NCBI GenBank assembly: GCA_963777505.1
Contig: CAVZQN010000004.1
Location: 1,696,001 to 1,760,000, forward strand
Direction of reading: 5' to 3'
From: an uncultured bacterium
GTDB lineage: Bacteria > Acidobacteriota > HRBIN11 > JAKEFK01
DNA: 64,000 nucleotides
In this document: piece after piece, positions 49,371-59,026 of the stretch
Numbering within the stretch: the stretch's first letter is position 1
How the letters are laid out: the number at the start of each line of letters is the position of its first letter
The notes under the pieces: generated by a model
What the model was told of the DNA's origin: nothing
Databases searched by the model: none
Seen by the model: only the letters and a program-made list of their open reading frames with translations
Position numbers and translations under genes: made by a program

Positions 49371-50618
49371 CTAGTCTACCTTTTTCAAAACGAGGGCGCT
49401 ATTTTTTGAACCAAAGGCAATGCAATTGCACAATGCGATATTCACGCTGGCGCTGCGAGATTGATTTGGCACATAGTCCAGATCGCAAAGTGGATCAGGA
49501 TTTTCGATGTTTATTGTTGGGTGGATGACGGATTCATTTAAAGCCAGACATGCTGCAGCAACTCCAGCCGCTCCACAAGCCCCTTGCGGATGGCCAATCA
49601 TCGATTTTGTGGAACTGCTTGGAATGCGATGCGCACGGCTATTAAAGACTTTTTTCATAGCCAGAGTTTCAATTTCATCATTAAGTTTCGTGGCCGTTCC
49701 ATGCAGATTGATGTACTCAACTTCATCCGTCACAAGACCGGCAGATTCGAGTGCCTTTTGAACAGCACGCGCTGATTCATCGCCTCCGGGCATAATTTGA
49801 AATTTATGGTATGCATCGCATGTCGAACCATATCCTGCAATTTCTCCGTAAATTTTTGCATTTCTTGCAACCGCACTTTCGTAACTTTCCAAAACAAACA
49901 TCCACGAACCTTCGGAAAGAATGAAACCATCTCGATCCGCATTAAATGGACGCGACGCGCGCTGCGGCGCATGATTCCATTTTGTCGAAGTTGTTCCCAT
50001 CAACACAAAACCAGTAAGAATTCCGGGAGTGATGCAGGCTTCAGCCCCACCCGCAAGCGCATATTTCACCATGCCGCTCCGGATCATGCTTGCCGCATAC
50101 GCAATCGCATCTGTTGAACTTGTGCAGCCTGTTGATAGTACGTGGCTCGGACCACGAAATCCAAAATGAATACTCACTTCGCTGGAAACCATTCCAACAA
50201 ACGAAGAAACGATTGCAAATGGACTTACGCGCGTTTCAACCGGTGAGAAAAATTTTTCATATTCACGTTCTGCAAAATCAAGACCCCCACCACCGGTTCC
50301 AATAAAAACACCAACATCCTGTCTTTGATTCTCAGTGAGTGTAGCGTAAGGAATTTCCGCGTCTTTTAATGCTTCTTCAGATGCGAGAACTGCAAGAGGA
50401 ACGATTCGTGGAACACGGCGTCTATCTTTCGGAGGAAGACATTCATACGTGAGGTTTTTTACTTCACCAACGACCGTGCAAGCCAGGCCATCTACTGGAA
50501 AAAGAGTTACAGTATCAAGACCACTTTTACCTGCGGATAACGCATCCCAGTATTCAGATCGGCTATTTCCATTTGGACTTTGAACACCGATCCCAGTTAT
50601 AACGACGCGCGTTGTCAT
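49371..50618 (-). CDS. Beta-ketoacyl-ACP synthase II-like ketosynthase
   Basis: RVVITGIG, STGCTSS (catalytic Cys), HGTAT, KSMIGHPQGA. Confidence 0.88.
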   Translation of the reverse strand: MTTRVVITGIGVQSPNGNSRSEYWDALSAGKSGLDTVTLFPVDGLACTVVGEVKNLTYECLPPKDRRRVPRIVPLAVLASEEALKDAEIPYATLTENQRQDVGVFIGTGGGGLDFAEREYEKFFSPVETRVSPFAIVSSFVGMVSSEVSIHFGFRGPSHVLSTGCTSSTDAIAYAASMIRSGMVKYALAGGAEACITPGILTGFVLMGTTSTKWNHAPQRASRPFNADRDGFILSEGSWMFVLESYESAVARNAKIYGEIAGYGSTCDAYHKFQIMPGGDESARAVQKALESAGLVTDEVEYINLHGTATKLNDEIETLAMKKVFNSRAHRIPSSSTKSMIGHPQGACGAAGVAAACLALNESVIHPTINIENPDPLCDLDYVPNQSRSASVNIALCNCIAFGSKNSALVLKKVD

Positions 50619-50673
50619 ATTTTTAGAGTATAAAGATCATGACACACTAAGCGCCATGATATAAATTCTAATT

Positions 50674-51870
50674 ATGCCACCTGATATTGTCGTCCTGGGA
50701 GCCGGTCCTGCCGGAATTGCGATTTCAATTTTAATGGCACAAAAAGGCTATGCTGTTGAGATCCTGGATCCAGCAACATTCCCTAGAAAGAAAATATGTG
50801 GCGAATTTCTCAATCCGCAAGCAGTTCGATGGCTTCAGAAGCATGGGTTACATGAACCATTGTTGAATCTTCAACCGTTTCCAATTTATGGAATGAAGAT
50901 TTTTGACTCGAATGGTCATTCCTTTACAGGTCATTACAGATCATTTCGGGGAGTGAGTGGGTATGCTGTCATGCGTGAAGCGTTTGATACTTTGCTCGTT
51001 GGTCATGCTCGACAGGCGGGCATTCGCATCCATGAAGCTCACCGCGCACAGCACCTGATTTTCAATCATAACCACGTCAAAGGAATCCGCGGAATAGACG
51101 GCAATGGTGAGCCATTTGAGATTTATGGAAAGGTTGTGATTGGTGCAGATGGCCGGAACAATTTGATAGGGAGAACTTTTGGCTGGGTTCGAGGGATGCC
51201 AAATTTGCGCAAGTACGCCTTTCAAACTTATTTCGAAGGGATACCGGAGTTATCTACTTTTGGTGAAGTACATCTGGTACGCGGAGGTTATGTTGGTATT
51301 GCTCCATTGAATGAGAAACTTGCGAACGTCGCACTTGTGGTTGATGAAAAAGATTATCCCGGCGGTGATGCTGATCCATTAGTGTTTCTGCAAGAACGCA
51401 TTGAAGAGAGCCATCTTTCTGCCCGTTTTCGTAGCGCAAAACGTCCTTCGACGATCTTGAGCGCCGGCCCTCTGGCTTACGATACCGTACATACAAGCGG
51501 TTCGCATACGATGCTTGTCGGTGATACATGCGGATTTATCGATCCATTCACAGGCGAAGGGATTAATTATGCTTTCGTTAGCGCTGAATTAGCTTCCGAA
51601 GTGCTGGATCAGGCATTCAAAACCCAACAATTTGACGATGATTTTCTTCGCAAATATGATTCGAAAAGGCGTAAAATGTTTTCAAGCAAGCATGCGCTGA
51701 ACCGGCTTTTTCAACTTGCGATTCCTCATCCGAAAATTTCGAAAATGTTGATCAGCCGATTTTCCAGAGATATGGAACTCGCTGATGCAATGGTAAGCGC
51801 GGTCGGCAGCGCGGTTCCGGTAGAGGAAGTTTGGAATCTTAGATTCTTACTTCGAGTAATTTTTTCTTGA
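50674..51870 (+). CDS. FAD-dependent oxidoreductase (geranylgeranyl reductase / phenolic-lipid monooxygenase-like)
   Basis: GAGPAG, FPRKKICGE, GADG, VGD..GFIDPFTGEG. Confidence 0.85.
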   Translation: MPPDIVVLGAGPAGIAISILMAQKGYAVEILDPATFPRKKICGEFLNPQAVRWLQKHGLHEPLLNLQPFPIYGMKIFDSNGHSFTGHYRSFRGVSGYAVMREAFDTLLVGHARQAGIRIHEAHRAQHLIFNHNHVKGIRGIDGNGEPFEIYGKVVIGADGRNNLIGRTFGWVRGMPNLRKYAFQTYFEGIPELSTFGEVHLVRGGYVGIAPLNEKLANVALVVDEKDYPGGDADPLVFLQERIEESHLSARFRSAKRPSTILSAGPLAYDTVHTSGSHTMLVGDTCGFIDPFTGEGINYAFVSAELASEVLDQAFKTQQFDDDFLRKYDSKRRKMFSSKHALNRLFQLAIPHPKISKMLISRFSRDMELADAMVSAVGSAVPVEEVWNLRFLLRVIFS

Positions 51871-51874
51871 TAGC

Positions 51875-51961
51875 GCAGGGGTGCCGGGGGGCAGGGGTGC
51901 AGGGGAGAAGTGGTTTCCAAAGTAATTTCTCCCCTGCTCCTCCGCTCCTCTGCTCCCCTGC
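51875..51961. repeat. Inverted repeat built from 8-bp GCAGGGG(T/A) units
   Basis: GCAGGGGT.. run followed by complementary CCCCTGCT.. run; long hairpin between co-directional genes. Confidence 0.7.
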
Positions 51962-52004
51962 CGGTGCTATGAAATGCTATGGTGCTATTACACAGTGAGG
52001 TTGT

Positions 52005-53432
52005 ATGAAAGTACTACTAGTGGCCATGCCGGACAACGCAAGTTGTTTCGATCAAGTAATGAAAATGCCCAATCTTGGGCTTTGTTCTCTTGCTGGAAGT
52101 CTCCCATCAAATATTGAAGTTAAGATCATCGATCTGAATTTAAAAAATCGTCACATTAGCCGCACCATTACAAAGCTCGTCACCGAATTTGAGCCGGATC
52201 TTGTTGGATTGAGTGCGATGAGTTTTCAATATCGTACAGCATCACATCTCGCACGTCTTATCAAAGCGATCAGGCCTCAGTGCAAAATCGCTGTGGGTGG
52301 ATATCATGCGACTTTACTTCATCGCGAGATTGGAGAATCTGATGATGCTTCGTTTGTCGATTTTTTAATTCGTGCAGAAGGTGAACCTATTTTCCGCAGT
52401 CTGTTAGAACGGTTACAAAGCGGCGATGACGATTACAACGGGATACCTGGATTATCGTATCGCAAAAGTGATGGTTCTTATTCCCACGCCGATCCAGCGC
52501 CACTCCTGGAACTGGACAATTTGCCTTTGCCTCGCAGAGAAGTTCGGGTTCTGGATCATTTTCATTATTTAAAACGCAAATTCGATTGTGCAGAGACTAC
52601 GCGAGGGTGTACGTTTCCATGCACTTTTTGCAGCATTACAAGGATGTATGGAAAAAGTTTTCGTGAATTTCCGATCGAACGTGTGATTGAAGATCTGAAA
52701 ATACTAAAGCAACGCGGAACATATGGCGTGTTTTTTGTGGATGATAACATCACGCTTAATGTTGTCCGGATGAAAGCTTTATGCGAAGAAATTATTCGGA
52801 ATAATCTGAACACAATGGATTACATGACGCAGGCCACTGTAATCGGAATTGCTTCAGACCGCGAGCTTTCAAAATTAATGGCACGCGCAGGTTTTAAGTT
52901 TGCCTTTTTAGGAATTGAAAGCGGAAATAAACGGAACCTGGAACTCTTTAAGAAAAGTACAATTAATGCTCGCACTCGCGAAGCGGTTCAATATCTTCAA
53001 GAAAATGGCATTGTAGTTCTCGGCGGTTTCATCATTGGCAATCCGGCGGATGATGCTGAAGATGTTCGTGCAGTATTTAATTATTGCCTCGAGATCGGTG
53101 TTGATCATCCCATTGTTCAGACACTAACACCGTATCCAAAAACGCAAATGAGGCAAGATCTGATTGATATGGGACTCGTTACGAATGCTGATGATCTCAC
53201 ACGGTATAACGGTTTCATTGCGAACGTCCGGACCGAACATCTTTCCCAAAAACAATTGAGCCGTCTGATGCTGAAAGAAGGAGCAAAATTGTACTGGAAT
53301 CCAAAATTACTTCGAAATAGCCGGCTCTGGAGATATAACTGGCGCGCAGGTCTCGCTTTGATTTACAACAATTACCTCTTTCTGAAAAGCGGTATGAAGG
53401 GGGAACTGTTCCTTTCAACCCATACGTTCTGA
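52005..53432 (+). CDS. B12-binding radical SAM protein (class B methyltransferase-like)
   Basis: PNLGL, VGGYHAT, RGCTFPCTFC, FFVDDNI, GIESG. Confidence 0.9.
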   Translation: MKVLLVAMPDNASCFDQVMKMPNLGLCSLAGSLPSNIEVKIIDLNLKNRHISRTITKLVTEFEPDLVGLSAMSFQYRTASHLARLIKAIRPQCKIAVGGYHATLLHREIGESDDASFVDFLIRAEGEPIFRSLLERLQSGDDDYNGIPGLSYRKSDGSYSHADPAPLLELDNLPLPRREVRVLDHFHYLKRKFDCAETTRGCTFPCTFCSITRMYGKSFREFPIERVIEDLKILKQRGTYGVFFVDDNITLNVVRMKALCEEIIRNNLNTMDYMTQATVIGIASDRELSKLMARAGFKFAFLGIESGNKRNLELFKKSTINARTREAVQYLQENGIVVLGGFIIGNPADDAEDVRAVFNYCLEIGVDHPIVQTLTPYPKTQMRQDLIDMGLVTNADDLTRYNGFIANVRTEHLSQKQLSRLMLKEGAKLYWNPKLLRNSRLWRYNWRAGLALIYNNYLFLKSGMKGELFLSTHTF

Positions 53433-53459
53433 CTTCGCGTCTTTGGGGTAAAAGAATTC

Positions 53460-54002
53460 GTGTATCCGATTTTTGTAATTGTTATTTGTTGAAACACTCT
53501 TTGAGCTCGCAATTTCAAGACGAAATTCAAAAGCACTCTTCAAAAAGGCGCAATCGATATTGCACCTCACTTACTGCCATGGATGGCTCTTGTATATGCC
53601 GTGAAATTTTTTGGATCACTCACCGAATATTTTATTACCCAACCCGTATTATCGACCGCATGGCTCATTACTTTTGGCGGTTTAGTCGTTGCAGCAAAAG
53701 CACTAAAATTTTGGGCCATCTCTAGTTTGGGACCGTTTTGGAGCATGAAGGTTTTGGTTGTGCCGGGCAGTCAAATGGTCAACAAAGGGCCCTATCGGTG
53801 GATTAAGCACCCAAATTATGTTGCAGTGCTCACTGAAATCATCGCTTTACCATTGATGGGGAAAGCGCTGATTACGGGCGGGATTGTAATCTTCGTCTTT
53901 GGTATTCTTTTATATTTACGGATCAAGGCTGAGGAACATGCCTTAATTCAATATACTGATTACATTCAAACGATGGGTGACAAAAGGAGATTCATTCCAT
54001 GA
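53460..54002 (+). CDS. Isoprenylcysteine carboxyl methyltransferase (ICMT) family; two compensating indels in the 5' part
   Basis: LGPFWS, GPYRWIKHPNY, RIKAEE; family-like N-terminus ELAISRRN..GA is recoverable from GTG 53460. Confidence 0.78.
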
Positions 54003-54574
54003 AAAAACTGATCTGGATCTTTCTGGCTCTCCTGCTTCCTTGTTCAGGATTTTCAGAAACGCAGACATATGTTGTAGTGCCACGTTTATCTTCTGTGAAT
54101 TTTGATGTCAGCGCTCAAATGCATGAGGTTCATGGAACAGGCAACCGGTTTTCTGGAACGATTACGGGAGATCCTGCAGATATTACAACTGCAAAAATTG
54201 ATTTAAAGCTCGATCCTAAATCATTTGATACACAAAATGAAAAAAGGGATAAAGATCTTCGCGATAAATGTATGGAAGTATCTCGCTATCCATTTATTGA
54301 ATTCACTTCCCAATCAATCCAGGCAGACCAAAAAGAACTAAAGCCAGGACAGATGCAGAAAGCTACGATTCAAGGCACTTTAAAAATGCATGGATTGGAA
54401 AAACAGGTAAGTGTCCCTGTGAATCTACAACTCTCAGAAGATACTCTTACTGCCGATGGGGAAATGGCTGTTGTTTTGGATGAATGGAAAATTCTGCGGC
54501 CCAAAGTTTTGTTCGTGCAATTACAAAACGATGTAAAAATCAAATTCAAAGTCGGCGCGAAACTTCAACAATGA
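53999..54574 (+). CDS. YceI-family lipid/polyisoprenoid-binding periplasmic protein
   Basis: Signal peptide; SSVNF, DTQNEKRDKDL, YPFIEF, GTLKMHG. Confidence 0.85.
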   Translation: MKKLIWIFLALLLPCSGFSETQTYVVVPRLSSVNFDVSAQMHEVHGTGNRFSGTITGDPADITTAKIDLKLDPKSFDTQNEKRDKDLRDKCMEVSRYPFIEFTSQSIQADQKELKPGQMQKATIQGTLKMHGLEKQVSVPVNLQLSEDTLTADGEMAVVLDEWKILRPKVLFVQLQNDVKIKFKVGAKLQQ

Positions 54575-55879
54575 TTATTTTGAGACCTTAGCGCCTTGGC
54601 GGTTTAACATACCTCGGATCCAGCCGGTCAATAACAAAGAATACAACGGTGCATAAACAAGAAGTCTAAGCCAATCTTCATGGCTCCATTTGCCGACAGG
54701 GTAAACATAAATGATGAGATATACGATTGCGATCCAGCCGCTAAAGAAGAGCCACGCAAAATTTGGATGAAACAGCAGAAAAGGGATGATCCAGCAAACG
54801 TACCACGGATGCACAACAGGTGAGAACGCGATAATTGTTCCGAAAATAATCAGCAAAGATCGATAGACTGAATATTTGCGGAACCAGCAAACAGCAAAAC
54901 TGAACAAGACGGCACAACCGCCTGCCAGTCGCGCCGGTTCAGCTCCGCCAAGCCAGTGATACAAAAGGCTGAATAAAGAATCGTTAAACCACCACTTTCG
55001 ATAAAAAGTAAAAAGTCCTGCAAACATTTTGTTCGATGTGTAGTATTGCCAGATCAAGAGTGCAGATACGACGAACAATGCCGTAACAAACTTCCAACTA
55101 CCGCGACGAATCAGCCAGGGAAGGGAAATCAAAGGTAAATATTTTGTGAGCGTTGCGAATGCGAGAGCTGCGCCCGAAATCGCGGGGAACCCACGATAAA
55201 CTGTGTATAGCGTAACAAACATCAGCGCAATCGAAACGATATCGATATGTCCGGCTGCTCCAAATTCAACAATCGGAAGCGGATGCCATGCATAAAGAAG
55301 AAGAAATGCAGGTGGACGTTTTTCAAAGTCCAGTAATTTCTTTAAGAAAATGATCAGAATGAAATCAAAGATCGCGATTCCGAATTTAAAAACGCGTTCG
55401 TTGTCAGAAATATAAGTGAGAAAGCGAAAAAGGTTTTGTGCTGCAGGAGGGTAAGCGGTCCAGAAATCTTTATGATTGATCTTTTCGTAGTTGTTGTCTC
55501 TTAGAAATTCGAGTTCTTTCGCTCGCGGTGTTTGATCATAAGGACCAAATCCCGCATTTTGGACTTTCCCATCCCATATATAACGGTAAATATCTGTTGA
55601 CAGTGATGGTTCACTCCAGAAGATTGTTAATCGGAAAATAAAAGCAGCCGCAATAATGAGTGTTGATGATGGAATCTCATTGAGTTTCCCATGCAGCAAT
55701 TGAATGGCAATATACAAATAAATTGCAAACGCACTGAAGAAAAGGAAGAGGAACTCAGGGATGCGGTCACGCCAATTGCCCAGTAAAAGTAAAGTAACAA
55801 AAACAACTTCAAGGATTACGGCCGAAGCGACTAGTAGAATTCTAGTCCGAGTTCCGGCAGAGCCGGAGGTCGCTTCCAT
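54575..55879 (-). CDS. GT-C membrane glycosyltransferase (family 87/DUF2029-like)
   Basis: LSTDIYRYIWDG, YPP, YAWHPL, GHID, HPWY. Confidence 0.82.
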   Translation of the reverse strand: MEATSGSAGTRTRILLVASAVILEVVFVTLLLLGNWRDRIPEFLFLFFSAFAIYLYIAIQLLHGKLNEIPSSTLIIAAAFIFRLTIFWSEPSLSTDIYRYIWDGKVQNAGFGPYDQTPRAKELEFLRDNNYEKINHKDFWTAYPPAAQNLFRFLTYISDNERVFKFGIAIFDFILIIFLKKLLDFEKRPPAFLLLYAWHPLPIVEFGAAGHIDIVSIALMFVTLYTVYRGFPAISGAALAFATLTKYLPLISLPWLIRRGSWKFVTALFVVSALLIWQYYTSNKMFAGLFTFYRKWWFNDSLFSLLYHWLGGAEPARLAGGCAVLFSFAVCWFRKYSVYRSLLIIFGTIIAFSPVVHPWYVCWIIPFLLFHPNFAWLFFSGWIAIVYLIIYVYPVGKWSHEDWLRLLVYAPLYSLLLTGWIRGMLNRQGAKVSK

Positions 55880-55885
55880 GCAAAG

Positions 55886-56242
55886 TTACCGGACCTGAAT
55901 TGTACCTGACTGGCTTGAGCCATGAATCCGGCAGAAATACGGGTAATTGCCTGTTTCATTAAAGATGAAAGTAAATCCGCCGCCGCCATTTAATGTACCA
56001 CTGTCAAAGCGGGCGCCTGGTGATGAAGTCGGCGATCCACTTGTAACAGAATGAGGATTTTGGCCATCATTGCGCCAGACTACTGTTCGTCCTATCGCTA
56101 CAGTGAGCGTTGTCGGGTCAAATGAATTATCGCGGATTTGAACCAAATTGGGATCAGAATCATCATCATCCAGGAAATCACAGGAGGAAGCAGTAATTGC
56201 TACAAGTATAGTAAGCACAATATAATACGTTCTGTAAAGCAT
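55886..56242 (-). CDS. Cupredoxin (plastocyanin/azurin-like) lipoprotein
   Basis: Lipobox ASSC; FDPTTLTV, PHSVT, YFCRIHGSSQSG. Confidence 0.82.
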   Translation of the reverse strand: MLYRTYYIVLTILVAITASSCDFLDDDDSDPNLVQIRDNSFDPTTLTVAIGRTVVWRNDGQNPHSVTSGSPTSSPGARFDSGTLNGGGGFTFIFNETGNYPYFCRIHGSSQSGTIQVR

Positions 56243-56299
56243 TCAGTCCACCTCAAGAAATCACGTTAACTTCGATTCCGAAATGAATTGTAGCAAAGA

Positions 56300-58018
56300 T
56301 TATTTCAGGAGACGAGGTCTGGCATACCATTCCGCAATAATTTTTTCTGCAGGCCGTCCATGTGGTGAATGATCATCGGCTTTCTGTCCTCGATCATCCG
56401 GATTGCTAAACCACTTCCACCAGTACATTCCTGCAAACCACGGCTCATTCCAATATGTTTCCAACGCTGCGCGATAACAATGGGTCTGCGCCATTTCATC
56501 ATATTTTGAAAATTGAATCTCTTGCGATCCCATACCCGCTCCTTCATTAGCCATATAACCAATCTCGGTAAACAAAATTGGTTTCCGCCAGCGAGAAGCA
56601 ATCGATTTAAGCTTTTCTTTTTGTAATGCAAAGCCCTCTTGAATTACCCTCACATCATCTTTAACTGACTTGCGTACGGGATAATAATTATCGAGCCCGA
56701 TGTAATCGACAGCATCCCAGAATGTAATTTCTTCAAATTCTTTTCCCCAGTTTGCAGCATAAACAATCGGCCCTGAATAAACCTGGCGGATTTTGGAAAT
56801 AATCTTTCTCCACCGTTGTGGATGTTGAACAGTTGTTTGAACCATTTCCGTGCCGATACAAAAAAGATCCGCATGCATCAATTCTGCAACGATTGCATAG
56901 TGAATGATCCAATATTCATAGCTTTCAAACCATTGCTTCCAATCCGCCTCATCATTCATCTTAATTTTACCGGGCCATGCTTCATGAGAAATCCAAATTT
57001 GAGGCTTTAACATAACTTTGATTCCAAGCTCTTGTGCGTCTAAAGCAAGTTGAAACATGCTTTCATCGTTTTCTGTATGAATACTATGTCCTGCCATCCG
57101 AACATCAGTCTCATCGTGATCTCGCATAAAGCCATATGGAATCGCTGCGATCCATTCGACGCCTAAATTTTTCAAAAGCCGTAAAGATTGTTTTGATTTG
57201 CCCGCTGCATAACCAGAATCGACACTATTCCAATAGGCATATGTCATGCCTTTTTGAAAAACAGGCTCAAATGGTTTCCGGTAAGTTCCGGCTTGAACGA
57301 CTTTTGGGTCACGATTTTTATATTGATACTCTGCCGGAAGGGTTCCTGTTTGATACAAATTTGTGAGGGCATCAATTCCGTCTGTGTTCAAAATTTCTTT
57401 TGCGACGATTGCAGAGTAAGGAATCGAGATAAATTCGCTCAGCTGTGATTCGTTCAATGTTGTTGGAATGAGATTCCGTTTTAACAAAAATCGTTCCCAC
57501 TCTTCCAATGTTTTATGATTCCAACGGTCAGCTAGCGCGGCTGTGATTGCGCGACTCCATCGTTCGTCCGAACCTCTACCATACTTCTCATGTAGTAGAA
57601 CCGAAAATTCCATTCGTTCCGCAAGCCCGTTGAATTGTCTGTTCCAAATGCAGTAGATTGTTTTCTTTTCAGGATCTGCATTCGCCAGGCGAATCTCTCT
57701 AACATGTGCACCTTTTTCTTCAAAGGTGTTATAGATATAAGCTTTCAACGGTGATCGAAGTTGCAAGCCTAACAGTTGTTCCGCTTGTTTGAGATTGTTC
57801 TCAAGCTCATCTGATAATTGTTGGATATTGTGAGCGACCGGCGTGTTCTGAATATATGCAATATCAACGCGTTCTGTTTTATGATGAACGAATGTACTTT
57901 CTGGTGTAGTCTTCCAGTTGCGATGGGCATATAAAATGTATCCCTTATTCCACCATAAGGTGATGCCAAGTAGAGATAGAATGATGAGAACAGACCATTT
58001 CTTCATCTGAAATTTCAT
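56300..58018 (-). CDS. Glycoside hydrolase family 113-like TIM barrel with N-terminal extra domain
   Basis: MLKPQIW, IGTEM, YAANW, DYIGLDNYYP, FTEIGY, GMYWW. Confidence 0.75.
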   Translation of the reverse strand: MKFQMKKWSVLIILSLLGITLWWNKGYILYAHRNWKTTPESTFVHHKTERVDIAYIQNTPVAHNIQQLSDELENNLKQAEQLLGLQLRSPLKAYIYNTFEEKGAHVREIRLANADPEKKTIYCIWNRQFNGLAERMEFSVLLHEKYGRGSDERWSRAITAALADRWNHKTLEEWERFLLKRNLIPTTLNESQLSEFISIPYSAIVAKEILNTDGIDALTNLYQTGTLPAEYQYKNRDPKVVQAGTYRKPFEPVFQKGMTYAYWNSVDSGYAAGKSKQSLRLLKNLGVEWIAAIPYGFMRDHDETDVRMAGHSIHTENDESMFQLALDAQELGIKVMLKPQIWISHEAWPGKIKMNDEADWKQWFESYEYWIIHYAIVAELMHADLFCIGTEMVQTTVQHPQRWRKIISKIRQVYSGPIVYAANWGKEFEEITFWDAVDYIGLDNYYPVRKSVKDDVRVIQEGFALQKEKLKSIASRWRKPILFTEIGYMANEGAGMGSQEIQFSKYDEMAQTHCYRAALETYWNEPWFAGMYWWKWFSNPDDRGQKADDHSPHGRPAEKIIAEWYARPRLLK

Positions 58019-58033
58019 GCTACCACGTTGTTT

Positions 58034-58074
58034 GTAGTTAGGCACGCAGCCGAGCGAATGCGAGGCAGTGCCGT
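58034..58074. repeat. Half copy of REP family C
   Basis: GTAGTTAGGCACGCAG...GCAGTGCCGT matches the 28717 element. Confidence 0.7.
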
Positions 58075-58087
58075 TGGAGAAAGGAAG

Positions 58088-58136
58088 AGGATAGAGGATA
58101 GAAGATAGAGGATAGAGGATGGAGAATAGAAGATTG
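58088..58136 (+). repeat. Heptamer tandem repeat (AGGATAG)x7, degenerate
   Basis: AGGATAG AGGATAG AAGATAG AGGATAG AGGATGG AGAATAG AAGATTG. Confidence 0.85.
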
Positions 58137-58943
58137 AGAAAAATACTTCCGTTGCTTTTGATTCTGATCGGCAGTCCGATTCATGCAATCGCATTCGATC
58201 ATGAGTATTCAAACTTCGATGCTGTTCTTAAGAAATATGTTCAGAATGGTCTTGTCAACTACTCCGAGTTGAAAAAGGACCGAACGGCGATCGATGCTTT
58301 TGTAAACGAACTGAAAGCAGTGAGTCAGCAAGAGTATGAGACCTGGAACAACGATCAGGAACTTGCGTTTTGGATCAATGCCTATAACGGCTGGTTTCTT
58401 CAAATTGTGATTGATCATTATCCGATTAAGAAGCAGCTTTTGAAGGGGATGGTTTATCCAGATAACAGCGTTCAACAAATCCGTGGAATTTGGACAGACA
58501 TAAAATCGAAATTTGCTGGAAGGGAAGTATCGCTCGATATAATCGAACACAGAATTATTCGTCCCGAATTTCGTGAACCCAGAATTCACTTTGCAATTGT
58601 TTGTGCTTCGATTGGCTGTCCACCTTTAAGAAATGAAGCGTTTCGCGCAAGCCAGCTTCAAAAGCAGCTTGATCAGGCGGCACGGGATTTTGTGAACAAT
58701 CCAGAAAAAGTGAAAGTTACACCGGCTGATAAAACCATCCGCATGTCACAAATCTTCGATTGGTTTTCTGATGATTTCTCAAAGTTTAAATCTGAAGAAT
58801 TAAGAAAAAAATATTCAGGCAAAGAATCGGGAGCGATCGGTTTTATTTTGCAATATGTCAGCCCGTCCGATGCAAATGTAATTACTGCCGGTGCAGAAGT
58901 GGAATACTTTGAGTATGACTGGGCCTTGAATGAGCAAAAGTAA
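58119..58943 (+). CDS. DUF547 domain exported protein
   Basis: LAFWINAYN, EPRIHFAIVCASIGCPPL, YDWALN. Confidence 0.88.
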   Translation: MENRRLRKILPLLLILIGSPIHAIAFDHEYSNFDAVLKKYVQNGLVNYSELKKDRTAIDAFVNELKAVSQQEYETWNNDQELAFWINAYNGWFLQIVIDHYPIKKQLLKGMVYPDNSVQQIRGIWTDIKSKFAGREVSLDIIEHRIIRPEFREPRIHFAIVCASIGCPPLRNEAFRASQLQKQLDQAARDFVNNPEKVKVTPADKTIRMSQIFDWFSDDFSKFKSEELRKKYSGKESGAIGFILQYVSPSDANVITAGAEVEYFEYDWALNEQK

Positions 58944-58947
58944 TTAT

Positions 58948-59021
58948 GTAGGGGCGGCCCATGTGGCCGCCCTGGCAAGATTGCTCACGACCATACGGGC
59001 GACCACAAGGGTCGCCCCTAC
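58948..59021. repeat. GTAG-type REP doublet, family A
   Basis: GTAGGGGCGGCCCATGTGGCCGCCC ... GGGCGACCACAAGGGTCGCCCCTAC between convergent genes. Confidence 0.85.
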
Positions 59022-59026
59022 TCCGG

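Noticed and set aside
49371-50618. Aromatic type II PKS
   Set aside because: No chain-length factor, ACP or cyclase in the window.
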